Shown here: positions 32,528 to 44,422 of the stretch, piece after piece
How the letters are laid out: each line of letters opens with the position of its first letter
How positions within the stretch are numbered: position 1 is the stretch's first letter
Source of the DNA: the human T2T-CHM13v2.0 reference genome, Homo sapiens
NCBI RefSeq assembly: GCF_009914755.1
Contig: NC_060929.1
DNA: 64,000 nt
Direction: 5' to 3' (one strand)
Notes under the pieces: generated by a model
Told to the model about the DNA's origin: nothing
Databases searched by the model: none
Seen by the model: the letters and a program-made list of their open reading frames with translations, nothing else
Made by a program: the position numbers and the translations under genes

Positions 32528-32789
32528 TTTACTTGGAAAATGTTTGAAAAATCACTTGGCACCTGTTCTTGGAATTAGTATTTACTTGAAGGAATGCTTT
32601 TAAATTCTTTCAGACTTAGTTCATGTTCTATTTTTTCTGCTTATTGTATTCTCTTATTGCTAAAAAAACATTTTAAAACACTCATACTTCAACATTTCTA
32701 AACTGTGTACTAAATTAACCAGCCGTTCACCTTGACTTTAAAGTCTCCCAGTTTACCCTTTTTAATTTATCTGTTTCTACAATTATTTG

Positions 32790-32975
32790 TTCCAGCCAAA
32801 TCACCTGAGTTCTATAATCCCTAAACACAATTCCTGTTTCCTTACCTCTATTTTGTCTTGCTGTTCCCTATACCTGGAACATCTCCCTACATCCTTTGCT
32901 TGTCATGATTCTACTCATTTTTGAGGACACTCTCAAATGTTTCAGTATCTATGATCTTCATATGAGCTCTCCCAC
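32790..32975 (+). mobile_element. L2 fragment
   Basis: TGCTGTTCCCTATACCTGGAAC...TTCTACTCATTTTTGAGGACACTCTCAAATG resembles the L2 3' region. Confidence 0.6.
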
Positions 32976-33093
32976 CTTAAACTTCTGATGTTTAGCAAGG
33001 CTTCCTAGGGTTCTTATCTGACTTACTATATGAAATACTGAGGAATTCTTTAAATAGTTTCAGATGCCTGCTATATTGAAAAAGCACACACCA

Positions 33094-36000
33094 AAACCAG
33101 AAATCAAAACAAGAGGAATTTTGGAAATTATATAAGCACAAGGAAATTAATATGTTTCTAAATGACCAGTGGGTCAATGAAGAAATAAAGAAATTGAAAA
33201 TTTTCTCAAAACAAATAATGGAAACACAATATATCAAAACCTATGGGATACAGAGAAAGCAGTACTAAGAGAGAAACTTATAGCTATAAGTGCCTATATC
33301 AAGAAGAAAAGCCTCAAATATATAACCTGATGATGCATCTTGAAGAACCAGAAAAGCAAGAGCAAACCAAAACCAAAATTAGAAGAAAGGAAATAAAGAT
33401 CAGAGCAGAAATAAATGCAATACAAAACAGTGCAAAAGATCAACAAAAAATTGGTTTTTTGAAAACAGAATTAACATTTAGCCAGACTAAGAAAAAAAAA
33501 AAGAAAACTCAAAATCAGAGATGAAAACAGTGATGTTACAATTGACACCATAGAAATTTAAAGGGTCATTAATGGCTACTATGAGCAACTATATGCCAAT
33601 ACATTGGAAAGTATAGAAGAAATGAACAAATTCCTAGACACATACAATCTACCAAGATTGAACCATGAAGAAATCCAAAACCTGAACCAACCAATAACAA
33701 CTAACGAGATTGAAGCTGTACCAGTAAAAAGCCTAGAACCCAATGGCTTTACTGCTACATTCTACCAAACATTTAAAGAACTAGTATCAATCCTACTCAA
33801 ACTATTCTGAAAGATAGAAGGGGAAGAGGAGGGAATACTTCCAGTCATTCTATGAGGCCAGTTTTACTGGGATACCGAAACCAGGCAATGACACGTCTGA
33901 AAAAGAAAATTACAGGTGAATATCTCTGATGAATATTGATGTGAAAATCTTCAACATAATATGAGCAAACCAAATTCAACAATACATTGAAAAGTCATTC
34001 ATCATGACTAAGTGGCATTTATCCCAGGGATGTAAGGATGGTTCAACATATGAAAAAAATCAATCAACTTGACACATCATATCAACAGAATGAAGGATAA
34101 AAACCATATGATTATTTTCACTGATGCTAAAAAGCATTTGATAAAATTCTATATCCCTTCATGGTAAAAACCTTCACAAAACTAGGTATAGAAGGAATGT
34201 ACCTCAACATAATAAAATCCATATACAACAGACCCACAGCTAGTATCCTACTGAATGGGGAAAAACTGAAAGCCTTTCCTCTAAGATCTGGAATAAGTCA
34301 AGGATGCCCACTTTCACCAGTATTATTCAATATAGCATTGGAAGTCCTAGCTAGAGGAATCAGACAAGAGAAAGAAATAAAGTGCATCCAAGTTAGAAAG
34401 GAAGAAGTCAAATTTTTCCTGTTTGCAGATGTTATGATCTTATATTTAGAAAAACCCAAAGATTCCACAAAAAAAAAAAAAGTAGAACTGATAAATTAAG
34501 TTTGCAGGATACAAAAACCAACATGTGAAAATCAGTAGCATTTCTATATGCCAACAGTGAACATGTGAAAAAAATTTAAAAGTAAACCCATTTATAACAG
34601 CCACAAATAAAAATACCTAGAAATTAGCTTAACCAAAGAAGAGGAATACATCTACAATAAAAGCTATAAAACACTGATGTATATAAAAGAAATACACAAA
34701 AAAATGAAAAAATATTCCATGTTCACGGATTGGAAGAATCAATATTGTTAAAATGTCCATACTACCCAAAGCAATCTACAGATTCAATGCAATCTCTATC
34801 AAAATACCAATGACATTCTCTGCAGACATAGAAAAACCAATCTTAAAATTTATATGGAACCACAAAGACCCAGAAGAGCCAAAATTTTCCTGAGCAAAAA
34901 GAACAAAACTGGAAGAATCACATTATTTGACTTCAAATCATACTACAGAGCTTGGGGAACAAAAACATCATGATACTGGCATAAAAACAGACACACAGAC
35001 CAATCAAACAGAATAGAGAACCCAGAAACAAATCCATACACCTACAGTGAACTCACTTTTGATGAAGGTGTCAAGAACATACACTGGGAAAAAGATGGTC
35101 TCTGTAACAAATGGTGCTGGGAAAACTGAAAGAAGAATGAAACTAGACCATTATCTCTTGTCATATACAAAAGTGAAATCAAAATGGAGTAAAGACTTAA
35201 ATCTATGATCTCAGCCTATGAAACTACTAGAGGAAAACATCAAGGAAACTCTCCAGGACACTGGTCTGGGCAAAAATATCTTGAATAAGCCCTACAAGCA
35301 CAGGCAACCAAAGCCAAAATGGACAAATGAGATCACATCAAGTTAAAAAGCTTCTGCACAGCAAAGGCAACAATCAATGAAGTGAAGAGACAACCCACAG
35401 GATGAGAGAAAATATATGCAACTACCCATCTGATTAATAAGCAGAATACATAAGGACCCCAAAGAATCCTTTAGGGAAAAAAAACTAGTAATCCAATTTA
35501 AAAGTGGGAAAAGATTTGAATAGACATTTCTCAAAAGACATACAAATGGCAAATGGGCATATGAAAATGTGCTCAACATCATTGATTATCACACAAATGC
35601 AAATCAAAACTACGATGAGATATCATCTCATCCCCAGCTAATTGGCTTTTTTCCAAAAGACAGGCAATAACAAACACTGGGCAAGGGTGTGGAGAAATGG
35701 GACTCTTATACACTGTTGGTGGGGATGTAAATTAGTAAAACCATTATGAAGAACAGTTTGGAGCTTCCCCAAAAATACTAAAAATAGAGTTACCATACGA
35801 TCCAACAATCCCACTACTGGGAATATACCCAAAAGCAAGGAAATCAGTATATCAAAAAGATGTCTGCACTCCCATGTTTGTTGCAGCACTGTTCACAATA
35901 TCCAAAATTTGGAAGCAACCCAAGTGTCCATCAGCAGATAAATGGATAAAGAAAATGTGGTACATATACACAATGGAGTACTATTCTGCCATAAAAAATG

Positions 36001-36450
36001 AGTTACAGTCATTTGCAACAATACTGATGGAACTGGAGGTCATTGTGAAAAAAGTCAGGCACAGAAAGACAAAGTTCGCATGTTTTCACTTGTTTGTGGG
36101 AGCTAAAAATCAAAACATTTGAACTCATGGAGATAGAGAGCAGAAGGATGGTTATTGGAGGCTGGCAAGGGTAATGGGGCATTGGGGGAGAGATGGGGAT
36201 GGTTAACAGGTACAAAAAAATAGGTAGAATAAGATCTAGTATTCGACAGCACAACAGGGCAACTGTAGTCAATAATGATTTAATTATACATTTTGAAATA
36301 ATTAAAAAAGTGTAATTGGATTGTTTATAACACATAGGACAAATGCTTGAGGGAATGGATACCCCATTTTCTATGATGCTTATATCAAAGTATCTCATGG
36401 ATATGAGTATAAGTATATATACCTACTATGTACCCGCAAAAATTAAAAAT
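33094..36450 (+). mobile_element. 5'-truncated L1MA (about L1MA2), ~3.36 kb
   Basis: ORF2 peptides [19 protein letters not shown] and [11 protein letters not shown]; L1MA1-3-type 3' UTR (AGCACAACAGGG...TAATTGGATTGTTTATAACAC); imperfect TSD GAAAAAG(CAC/AA)ACACCA. Confidence 0.93.
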
Positions 36451-36461
36451 GAAAAAGAAAC

Positions 36462-36576
36462 ACCATTTATTAAGTGATGACTGTACCAGGAACTGTTAGG
36501 TCTCTACATATTGTCATTTAGTTATTATAGTAACCCATATTACTATTCCCACTTTACAGAAAAAGAAATGCTAAGT
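36462..36576 (-). mobile_element. MIR fragment
   Basis: ACCATTTATTAAGTG...CTATTCCCACTTTACAGA. Confidence 0.65.
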
Positions 36577-36608
36577 GCAGGCCAGGGACTCAGAATTAGG
36601 CTTACATA

Positions 36609-36720
36609 TGAGGTGACTGACAGACCTGATTTGCTCAGGGTGAGGGGTCTCCTGGATGCAGGACTTTCAGTACTAAAACTAGGAGAGTCTGAGCAAACCA
36701 GAGTTTGCTCTGTCACTCTA
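36609..36720. mobile_element. MER94 (hAT-Blackjack MITE)
   Basis: AGGTGACT...GAGGGGTCTCCTGGATGCAGGACTTTCAGTACTAAAACTAGGA...GTCACTCTA. Confidence 0.75.
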
Positions 36721-36908
36721 TTCACAGACCCCATCCTCCCTCATGAACATTCTCAGTCCATTCCTCACTACCAAAAGCTCAGAGGTGGGAGGTGTGGTCT
36801 AGCAGTCAGGAGTTTCTCCACCCACACAGCCTAACATGACCCAGTCCTGGGCAGAGCCATGTCAGAGTGAGCTACTGAGAGGAAGGGTAGGAAGTCCAGA
36901 CTGGGTGT

Positions 36909-37392
36909 TATGGAAGATCAGTCAGAGTGGCAGAAGAAATTATAGGAATAGAAACCCTCTTGGAAGGCCCAGGGAGTTTTGCATAACTTCAGATAGTTTG
37001 GCTGAAGGCAGCCAGATTCTCTTTTCAGGAGCCAGAGAGCTTAGGGTACAAATACAAAGGAATGTAGAGTAGTTTATCTAAATAGCTTGTTTATTCATGT
37101 GGTCCTAAGACTAACTTTAATTATTCGTGGGCAGGATGGCTTTGGGGGGGTGGGGGCACGACAAGATTAATTACCCACAGGTATGTTGACTCAAAGCCTT
37201 TGTCATTTAATATGTGCTGAATAAATGCCGGCAGGGACAGCTAGTCAAGGCCTGGCTGCTGACTCTTTACATCACTTTCCTTGGTGTCTGTGAGGGGGCC
37301 CGGACCCTCAGCAGGACTGACAGGCAAGATTATCTGTCAGTGTACATTATTCATCCGTCGTTCGGTCAGGGTCTGCAGGACAGGCCCCCACA
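36909..37392 (+). mobile_element. LTR22-family solo LTR (HERV-K HML-5)
   Basis: Starts T.TGGAAGATCAGTCAGAGTGG, contains AATAAA (~37220), ends CAGGGTCTGCAGGACAGGCCCCCACA. TSD GGGTGT at 36903-36908 and 37393-37398. Confidence 0.85.
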
Positions 37393-37923
37393 GGGTGTGA
37401 GCTGGATGAAGTCTCCCCTGCATCTAGCCCTATTCTCAACCTCTAACTGGAGGCATCTTCTCCCTGAACTTAGGTTGTCATCTCTCAGAAGCCTAACAGC
37501 CAAGTTTTGAGAACTTTGATGGGAAAGTGAATACCAGCTAGATATCTCTGCTCTCGCTTCCAACAGGCAAAGCAGAACATTATCTAGGTCTTTACAGGGT
37601 TGTCAGAAGCTGGAGAGATACAACATTTTACCCAATCCCCTGATTGACCAGGTCACCCAACCCCTTCAGACACATCAAGGGAAAGTCTGACTTCTCCAGA
37701 AACCCTGACTACTCCAGACAAACTGGCAGACCCAATGCCAAAAATTCCATACACCCAGACAAGTCCAAACATCAGCCATTTGGTGTTCTGGAGAAACAGA
37801 TTATCCCCCAAAAGCATCCTGGATACCCACCTTATGCAGAAGCAAGCTGACATGGAGCCTCTAGTCTAATGAGTATGTTTCCTCAAGGTCGGCAGGTGGG
37901 ATTATAATGCAATTACTGAGGCT

Positions 37924-38130
37924 CAGTAGTTCTCAACACTCTCTGATCATTAGAATCACCTGCGAAGATTTTAAACCTGCAGTTGACCTGACCCTGCCCC
38001 ACACCAATTAAACCAGAGTGTCCAAAGTAAGGCCCAGGTGAATCTAATGTGCAGCCAGGATTAAAAACCATTGCTCTAACACAGTGAGCCTCAAGGTACT
38101 GCTCCTGGACCAGCATCACTGGCAGTTTGT
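37924..38130. mobile_element. MER5 (hAT-Charlie) element plus an adjacent MER5 start fragment
   Basis: CAGTAGTTCTCAAC...CATTAGAATCACCTG...CCAGGTGAATCTAATGTGCAGCCAGGATTAAAAACCATTG. Confidence 0.75.
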
Positions 38131-38242
38131 TTTTATGCTAACAGACAAAATTATGTTAGTGGATAAAATTAACTATGTTTCCCTTGATTTCCACAGTAGC
38201 AATAGAAGTGTCTCAGTCCATGAGAAAATGACATAGAGATTT

Positions 38243-38406
38243 TCTATAATAAATGGTGCTGAGAAAACTGGAAGAACAATGAAACTAGACCATTATCTCT
38301 TGTCATATACAAAAGTCAAATCAAAATGGGTTAAAGACTTAAATCTATGATCCTAACCCATGAAACTACTACAACAAAACATCAAGGGAACTCTCCAGGA
38401 CATTGG
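38243..38406 (+). repeat. 164-bp dispersed duplicate of 35101-35264 (L1MA ORF2 interior)
   Basis: Ungapped alignment with 17 mismatches in 164 nt by manual count; no poly-A tail. Confidence 0.88.
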
Positions 38407-40252
38407 AGAGTTTCCCAGCCTCCCAGAAGAAGTGGGATTTGGAAAGAAAAATTTAACATAGTATGTATATAGAACATGCTTAATTAAAATAGACGTATGA
38501 CTGTGTGATACTTGTGCCACAGGACCACCTCTCTACCTATCTCCATGGTTCTGCACTGGACACACCTTGATCTTCCTTGGTTTGCTAGCATTTTCTCTAA
38601 ATTTGGGAGTCTTTTGAATGCACACTCTCAAGTCTCAAATTTAGCTTTGCACTTTCATATGGAGAGCTGCCTCTGAGCTGTACTGCATGTCAACACCCAA
38701 TCCTTAAATGTTTTTATCTCGCAGACAAGTGAGAGTCTGCAGATTGTACGTATCTGCTGGCCATCCCAGAACCATCTGGGTCTTTGGTTAAGCATCAGCC
38801 TTCTGCTTACATAACTTGGACCCAGAAAGCTGTTATAAATTGCAGGATATTGCTTAGCTAATTCCAAATAATTTATAGAAAAAAATATTATTGAAATGAG
38901 ATACTCTGAAAATGTTGTGGTCTGAGTTTTCTAACATTTACTTTTTAAAATTATCTTGATCACAGTAATTATTTTTCTAACATTACATTAAAAGTGACAG
39001 CTTAAAATGTTGGACAGGAAGGAGATGTAATTTAATGAAAGGCATCTTTCTCCACATTGACACGGATGTTAAATTTTTTTGAGATTCGAATGTGCTCTAA
39101 TTACTTTAATTTAAAATTCTGGATATGCATGTTTTATTCATGATTTTCTACATGATGGAGAAAGTTTTTGCAGCACCTTTGAAGCTCTAACTTTGGAAAT
39201 ATAACAAATAATGAAGCCATATTTTCAAAACGCTCAGATAGAGGAGACTTTTGAAAGACAGTATAATTATGAATCAAAGCTTAATCAGCTGCTGTGAAAT
39301 GAGTTTTTAATTATTACCTTGCCCCTGATATGCTACAGTTCACCAAGGTTAAGAGAGTGACCTCACATTCCTTCTGAAAGGGTAGAATTTTCTTTCCTTT
39401 GCAGCATATCACCTTGAATATTCAGAAACTAAGTTGTTCTGCTTCCCATGAAACTACTCCTCAGAAGCCATTTTTCACACTGACTCTTGGTTAATCTCAC
39501 ATGAGAAATAGAAAGTGTCACTCATTTCTCTCCTACCAAAATGCATTTCTGCAGCAGGAATAATGGCTTCTGAATCAGAGTACTCACCTATTCCCACTGA
39601 AAAATTCACTTTTTTCAAGGTAGTTTGTAAGTGTATTACAAAGGTGTTCAAAGCATCAACCTTTAGATTTCAGAATTCTAGATCAAAATAACCACTTTTA
39701 TTTCAAGTGGCCAAAGATGATACAGAGTTTCCAAACTCTGAAAGAGTGTGTTTGCACAAAGAGGCTTTCTAGGCAGACAATACAGGATTTCTCTTGATGT
39801 AAAGTTCAACTCAAATTTCCTTTAGTAAATAGTAATTTGCTTGAGTTGAGAACAAAAGAGACATGGTGTGAATAACTCAACTTCCTGCTTCAAATGTAGA
39901 CATACCCATGTATACACCAGTTTCTGGTATCTAAATAAAACTGGAAGATTAAAACTTAAATATTTTGAAGCTCACTAAAAACCTAAGAAAAATATTTCAT
40001 GACTATATGTCCAAAGCAAAATCAAAATACTTTTGGTTTAAACTCTCTCAATATATTTCCTCTAATATAAAATTTCACCCAATGAAATTCTGGGTCTAGC
40101 TTAGAAATTGGCACTAACATCTTGACCTCATCTAAACTGCTCTTTACAAATAAGTTTGAACTGTTATTTCAATGTAATTGAAGGAGGAGGACTTAACTCA
40201 TTTATTTAAAACTCAAAATCTCTCTGGTTAACATATGTGTGTGTATGTATAT

Positions 40253-40863
40253 TGTGAACCTAGAAGTATCTGAGACAAGTCTCAGTCAATTTAGAAAGTT
40301 TGTCCAGGTTAAGGAAATGCGCGTGACAAAGCCTCAGGAGGTCCTGATGACGTGTGCCTAAGGTGGTCAGGGTATAGCTTTCTCGTATATATTTTAGGGA
40401 GACATAATACATCAGTCAATGAATGTGAGATTTACATCGGTTCCATCTGGAAGGGTGGATGGGACAACTTGAAGTGGGGGCTTCCAGATTACAGATAGAT
40501 TTAAAAATTTTCTGATTGGCAATTGGTTGAAAGAGTTATTATCAACAGAAAGGAATGTCTGGGTTAAGAGAAGGGGTTGTAGAGACCAAGGTTTTATCCT
40601 GCAGCTGAAGCCTCCGGGTAGCATGCTTCAGAGAGAATAGATTATAAATGTTTCCTATAAGACTGATGGTTTGTGTTGATGTTAGTGGTGGTCAGCTTTC
40701 CTGGATTCCAAGAGGGAGGAGGGTATAATGAAGTATGTCCAACCCCTGCCTTCCCATCATGGCCTGAACTACTTTTTCAGGTTAACTTTGGAATGCCCTT
40801 GGCTGAGAGGAGAGGGGCCATTCAGATGGTTGGAGGGCCTTAGAATTTTATTTTTGGTTTACA
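40253..40863 (-). mobile_element. MER4A-type solo LTR (ERV1)
   Basis: Reverse complement starts TGTAAACCAAAAATAAAATTCTAAGG; contains GCCTCAGGAGGTCCTGATGAC; TG...CA termini. Confidence 0.9.
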
Positions 40864-41401
40864 AGGTATTTATATATTTGCTATTCAAATATGAATCACA
40901 GAAAGAGGTATAGATGTATGAAACCTGACTTGGAGTTCCTATTAACAGTTTTTCTTTAGAGATAGCAAAAAAACTTGGGCTCATTTAATGAGCATAAATT
41001 GGATACTGAAATAAGTGTTACTTGTAGGAGAGTTGTCATTAAAATGCTGCTTCAGGAATTTGATTTGCATAAGATCTGATTACATTTAGTAGCTGTTCAC
41101 ATATCTATGCTGAATCAATGTCATTTCATCAATGCACAGGTTACCTTTTCTGCTCACATTAGAATGGGCTTAACTTCTAGTTGAGAAATACAGTATTGCA
41201 CACCCAGCCTACCCCTCTGTCACATGCTTTGCTCCTTCCAGTTCTCAGCTGAAAAAAGTGATCGGTCAAGTCTTATGCAGCATTTCTAAGGTTGAGCCAA
41301 GCCTATGTAACTTATCTCTTGAAAATGTTATCTACAAAAGTATTTGACATCTCTGCCATTGGAGATAAATGGCATAAGAGCTGGTAGACTTACTAGAAGT
41401 A

Positions 41402-41645
41402 AATAATAATAGCTAACATTTATTGAGCAATTATGAACTGCCGGATCCTAAACTAAGTGCTGCTCAAGCATATTAATCTATCCTTTAACCTTCAGGCAGC
41501 CTGATGAGGCAGCTACCATTAATTATTACTCTCATGTTTTTAAGTGAGGAAACCAAGCCTTACTGAGGTTATTTAACTTGCCCAGTATCATAGGCTCCTC
41601 ATTGGTGGAAACAAGACTTAAACTTGGAAGTGCATGCTCTTAGAC
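41402..41645 (-). mobile_element. MIR (MIRb-like), near full length
   Basis: AATAATAGCTAACATTTATTGAGC...TGAGGAAACCAAG...GAGGTTATTTAACTTGCCCA. Confidence 0.85.
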
Positions 41646-42583
41646 ATTCATTTCCCAGAATCTGAATAATCAACATTCTAAAATTATACAGATCCAAACA
41701 AAAGTGTAATAAAAGCCCTGCACTTAGTGACACTGTTGAAATGGAAACCTCAGAAGCAAGTCCACCTCATTGGGACAAAAATCAGAGGTGTCATCAAAAT
41801 GCATTGAGCTCTCATGACACTAAGCTCAGAATAGTACCTGAGGGCCTCCCCCAACAACTACATGCTGGTTGTTTATAATCCAGGCACTACCTTCAAGAGT
41901 TAACCTCTAATCAGAAGGAAGGAAAATTGACAAAGTCTAAGTGATGCTTTTTGTAATGCACCAAGCTCATTTTGTGTTCAGAATTTCTACTGTGGACACT
42001 GAAGTTATGGTTAGGAATTGATAGCAATACTGTAAGCTAGTAATGATGAAACCAGAGATGTCCCCAAATTATTAAGCGATACTGACCACCTGTGCAATTA
42101 TAGAGGTAGTGCTAAACACATCTTACCTTATATACAGATATACTTGTGTGTATTATCACTAAGCTAATAAAGAGCTTCACAATTAGAAATCAACCAATGT
42201 GCACATAGACGGCTTCTGTTGAATGTGGCTATGGTCCCAGTTCTACCCACCCTCTTTTGGAATATAAGCAAGGCATTTGTGTACATTATCCTTCTCTAAG
42301 AAGGATTTTAAACTCAAAACACTGTCAGCTCCAGCCCTTGTCAGAATGATGAGACTTCCTTTGTCACAAATACTGAATATGGTAGTAATTTAAATTAATT
42401 TAAATTGCTAAACGCTGTGCCCTGCTGAAGCACACCTGTTAAAATAACAAAAAATACAGATTAAAACAAGAGACCGTTGTGTAATTAAGAGATTTGTCTG
42501 GCTGAATAAGAAACATGTCAGTTCATAAATAATGTATTCCACAGTGAAAACTATTGCTTCTGGATATACTTCTCAAGCTTCAC

Positions 42584-42702
42584 CAATTCAATCAATAAAT
42601 ACTTATTGAGCACCTACTATTAGCAAGGTACAAGGATAGACACTAAGATACACAAAATGATTAAGACTTCTCTCCTATTCTGAGGGAAGTTACTATCTAG
42701 AA
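42584..42702 (-). mobile_element. L2 3' end
   Basis: ATTCAATCAATAAATACTTATTGAGCACCTACTAT. Confidence 0.8.
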
Positions 42703-42881
42703 GACATCTCATATAGAAAATATTACTGGACCTCCTCTTAAAACTGAGCTGAATTATTCACTAATCCATCTAAATCCCTGAGAGAAATAATTTGGAATTA
42801 AGATTTCCAGATTTTTCTATCACATGTATTGTTCACTAAATTGCCAGAATTCATAGAAGTTCTGTTTAAAAAAAAACGTAC

Positions 42882-42983
42882 TGTTCTTATATTGTGACCT
42901 GAAATAGCTGAACTCCAAATTAGTTCCCGAGACATTTGAAGCATCTGTTTGTCTTCTCTGTGTAGCTCTGTTAACACTCCTGC
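42882..42983 (-). other. Candidate internal exon (102 nt) of an unidentified minus-strand transcript
   Basis: Acceptor GACTTCTCTTCAG|GCAG; donor ACA|GTACGT; non-repetitive; two frames open. I recognise no protein. Confidence 0.3.
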
Positions 42984-43369
42984 CTGAAGAGAAGTCACTA
43001 ATACATTTTATTCTTGCATTGGGGACCAACATTTGATTTGCTTTGGCCTGAAGAAGGGAAGCATTTGAGTAATGTTCAGATCACTTTTAGGCACTGATGA
43101 AAGAACAGAATGTTTCCATGACTGTCAGAACAAGAGCTGAATGAGTGTAGACAGGGTGGGATTGGAGAGACTTCTTACCTCTGTGCTACGTCTGGTGTTA
43201 AGAAAGCTTCTCCTTTGCCTCAGCACCCCATTCTTTCATATCCCAAAATATGAAACACATCACTTTGTTCCTTCAGCAATATTTAAGATGGATTTGAGGC
43301 AGATGTAGCCAACTGTCCTTCTTCATTCCCAAATTCTAAACACAACTTGTTTCTGCTTGTGTCAGTTAT

Positions 43370-43625
43370 TATATACACCTTTAACCTGATGCCTAGTCCC
43401 TGGCCTTTGCCTCTGAAAGTTGCCCTCCATCACCATCAGATTAAGCTTCTCCCCAAAATAATTTCAGCCTCCAATTACTCACCACTGCTGGTAGAGTGAC
43501 ATACAAAACTCTTTAACATGGCATGCAAGACCCTCCACTTCTAGGCCCTGAGGATCTCAATGCCAATAATAACCCCCTTCTGGATCAGTGACAACCGAAT
43601 GCATGCTTCCCTATTTCCAAAAACA
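43370..43625 (+). mobile_element. L2 fragment
   Basis: ACAAAACTCTTTAACATGGCATGCAAGACCCTCCA resembles L2. Confidence 0.55.
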
Positions 43626-43913
43626 CCTAGGGAGACTATGTCCCCAGGCAGACACAGACAAGCCCTAATGTCACTCTGTAGCAATGCACATGAGCAGGTC
43701 TGTTGTGGTCAAAGGCTGAGTCTCTTCTAACCCAGTTTATGCTTTTCGAGATGCAACTCACCTAATAAAGGCAATGAGACTCATTCTCAGTTAAAAACAT
43801 TTTCCCAAGACACATAAATTAACAGGAAAACACATTAGCCTTAAGAAAATTGAAAAATTTCAGAATAACACAGGTTTCCCTGAATTGCAAAAAGTTATAC
43901 AGAAGAGAATTCT

Positions 43914-43966
43914 CATGGAAAATAGGCATTATTGGTCCCATGGAAAATAGGCATTATTGGTCCCAT
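43914..43966. repeat. Perfect 25-bp tandem duplication
   Basis: CATGGAAAATAGGCATTATTGGTCC occurs twice, followed by CAT. Confidence 0.97.
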
Positions 43967-44269
43967 TTCTCCCAAAACCAACCTAGGAATCATCATTCTA
44001 TAAAAATATAAATAGAACAAACCCTGGATCTACCTTCCCCAGACTTTCAGTTGGATGAATATTTCTTCCTATTTTGTTCATATCTTTTTTTATCATATTT
44101 ATTTTCCAGATTTTGCTGAAGTTTGAGAATATTTTGGATTTGGTGTTTTTGAAAACATTTTCTGGAAAACAATGGGATACAACATGCCAAAGTTGGAACA
44201 CCTTGAGATTAAGGGCTGTTTTAATTTGTAGCTTTGTTGTCTAGCCTATTATCTGGGAATTAAGATAAG

Positions 44270-44422
44270 AACAGAAAGCGTGCTGTAGAAGGCAGAGATT
44301 CTAGCACCTATAATCTGTCACCTACAGACAATACGACTTGGAGCAAAACCGTTAACCTATCTCAGTCTGAGTTTTCTCAACTGTAACTAGAGATAATAAT
44401 ACAACCTACTTCACAGGACTTA
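44270..44422 (+). mobile_element. MIR fragment
   Basis: TTAACCTATCTCAGTCTGAGTTTTCTCAACTGTAA...GATAATAATACAACCTACTTCACAGG. Confidence 0.75.
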
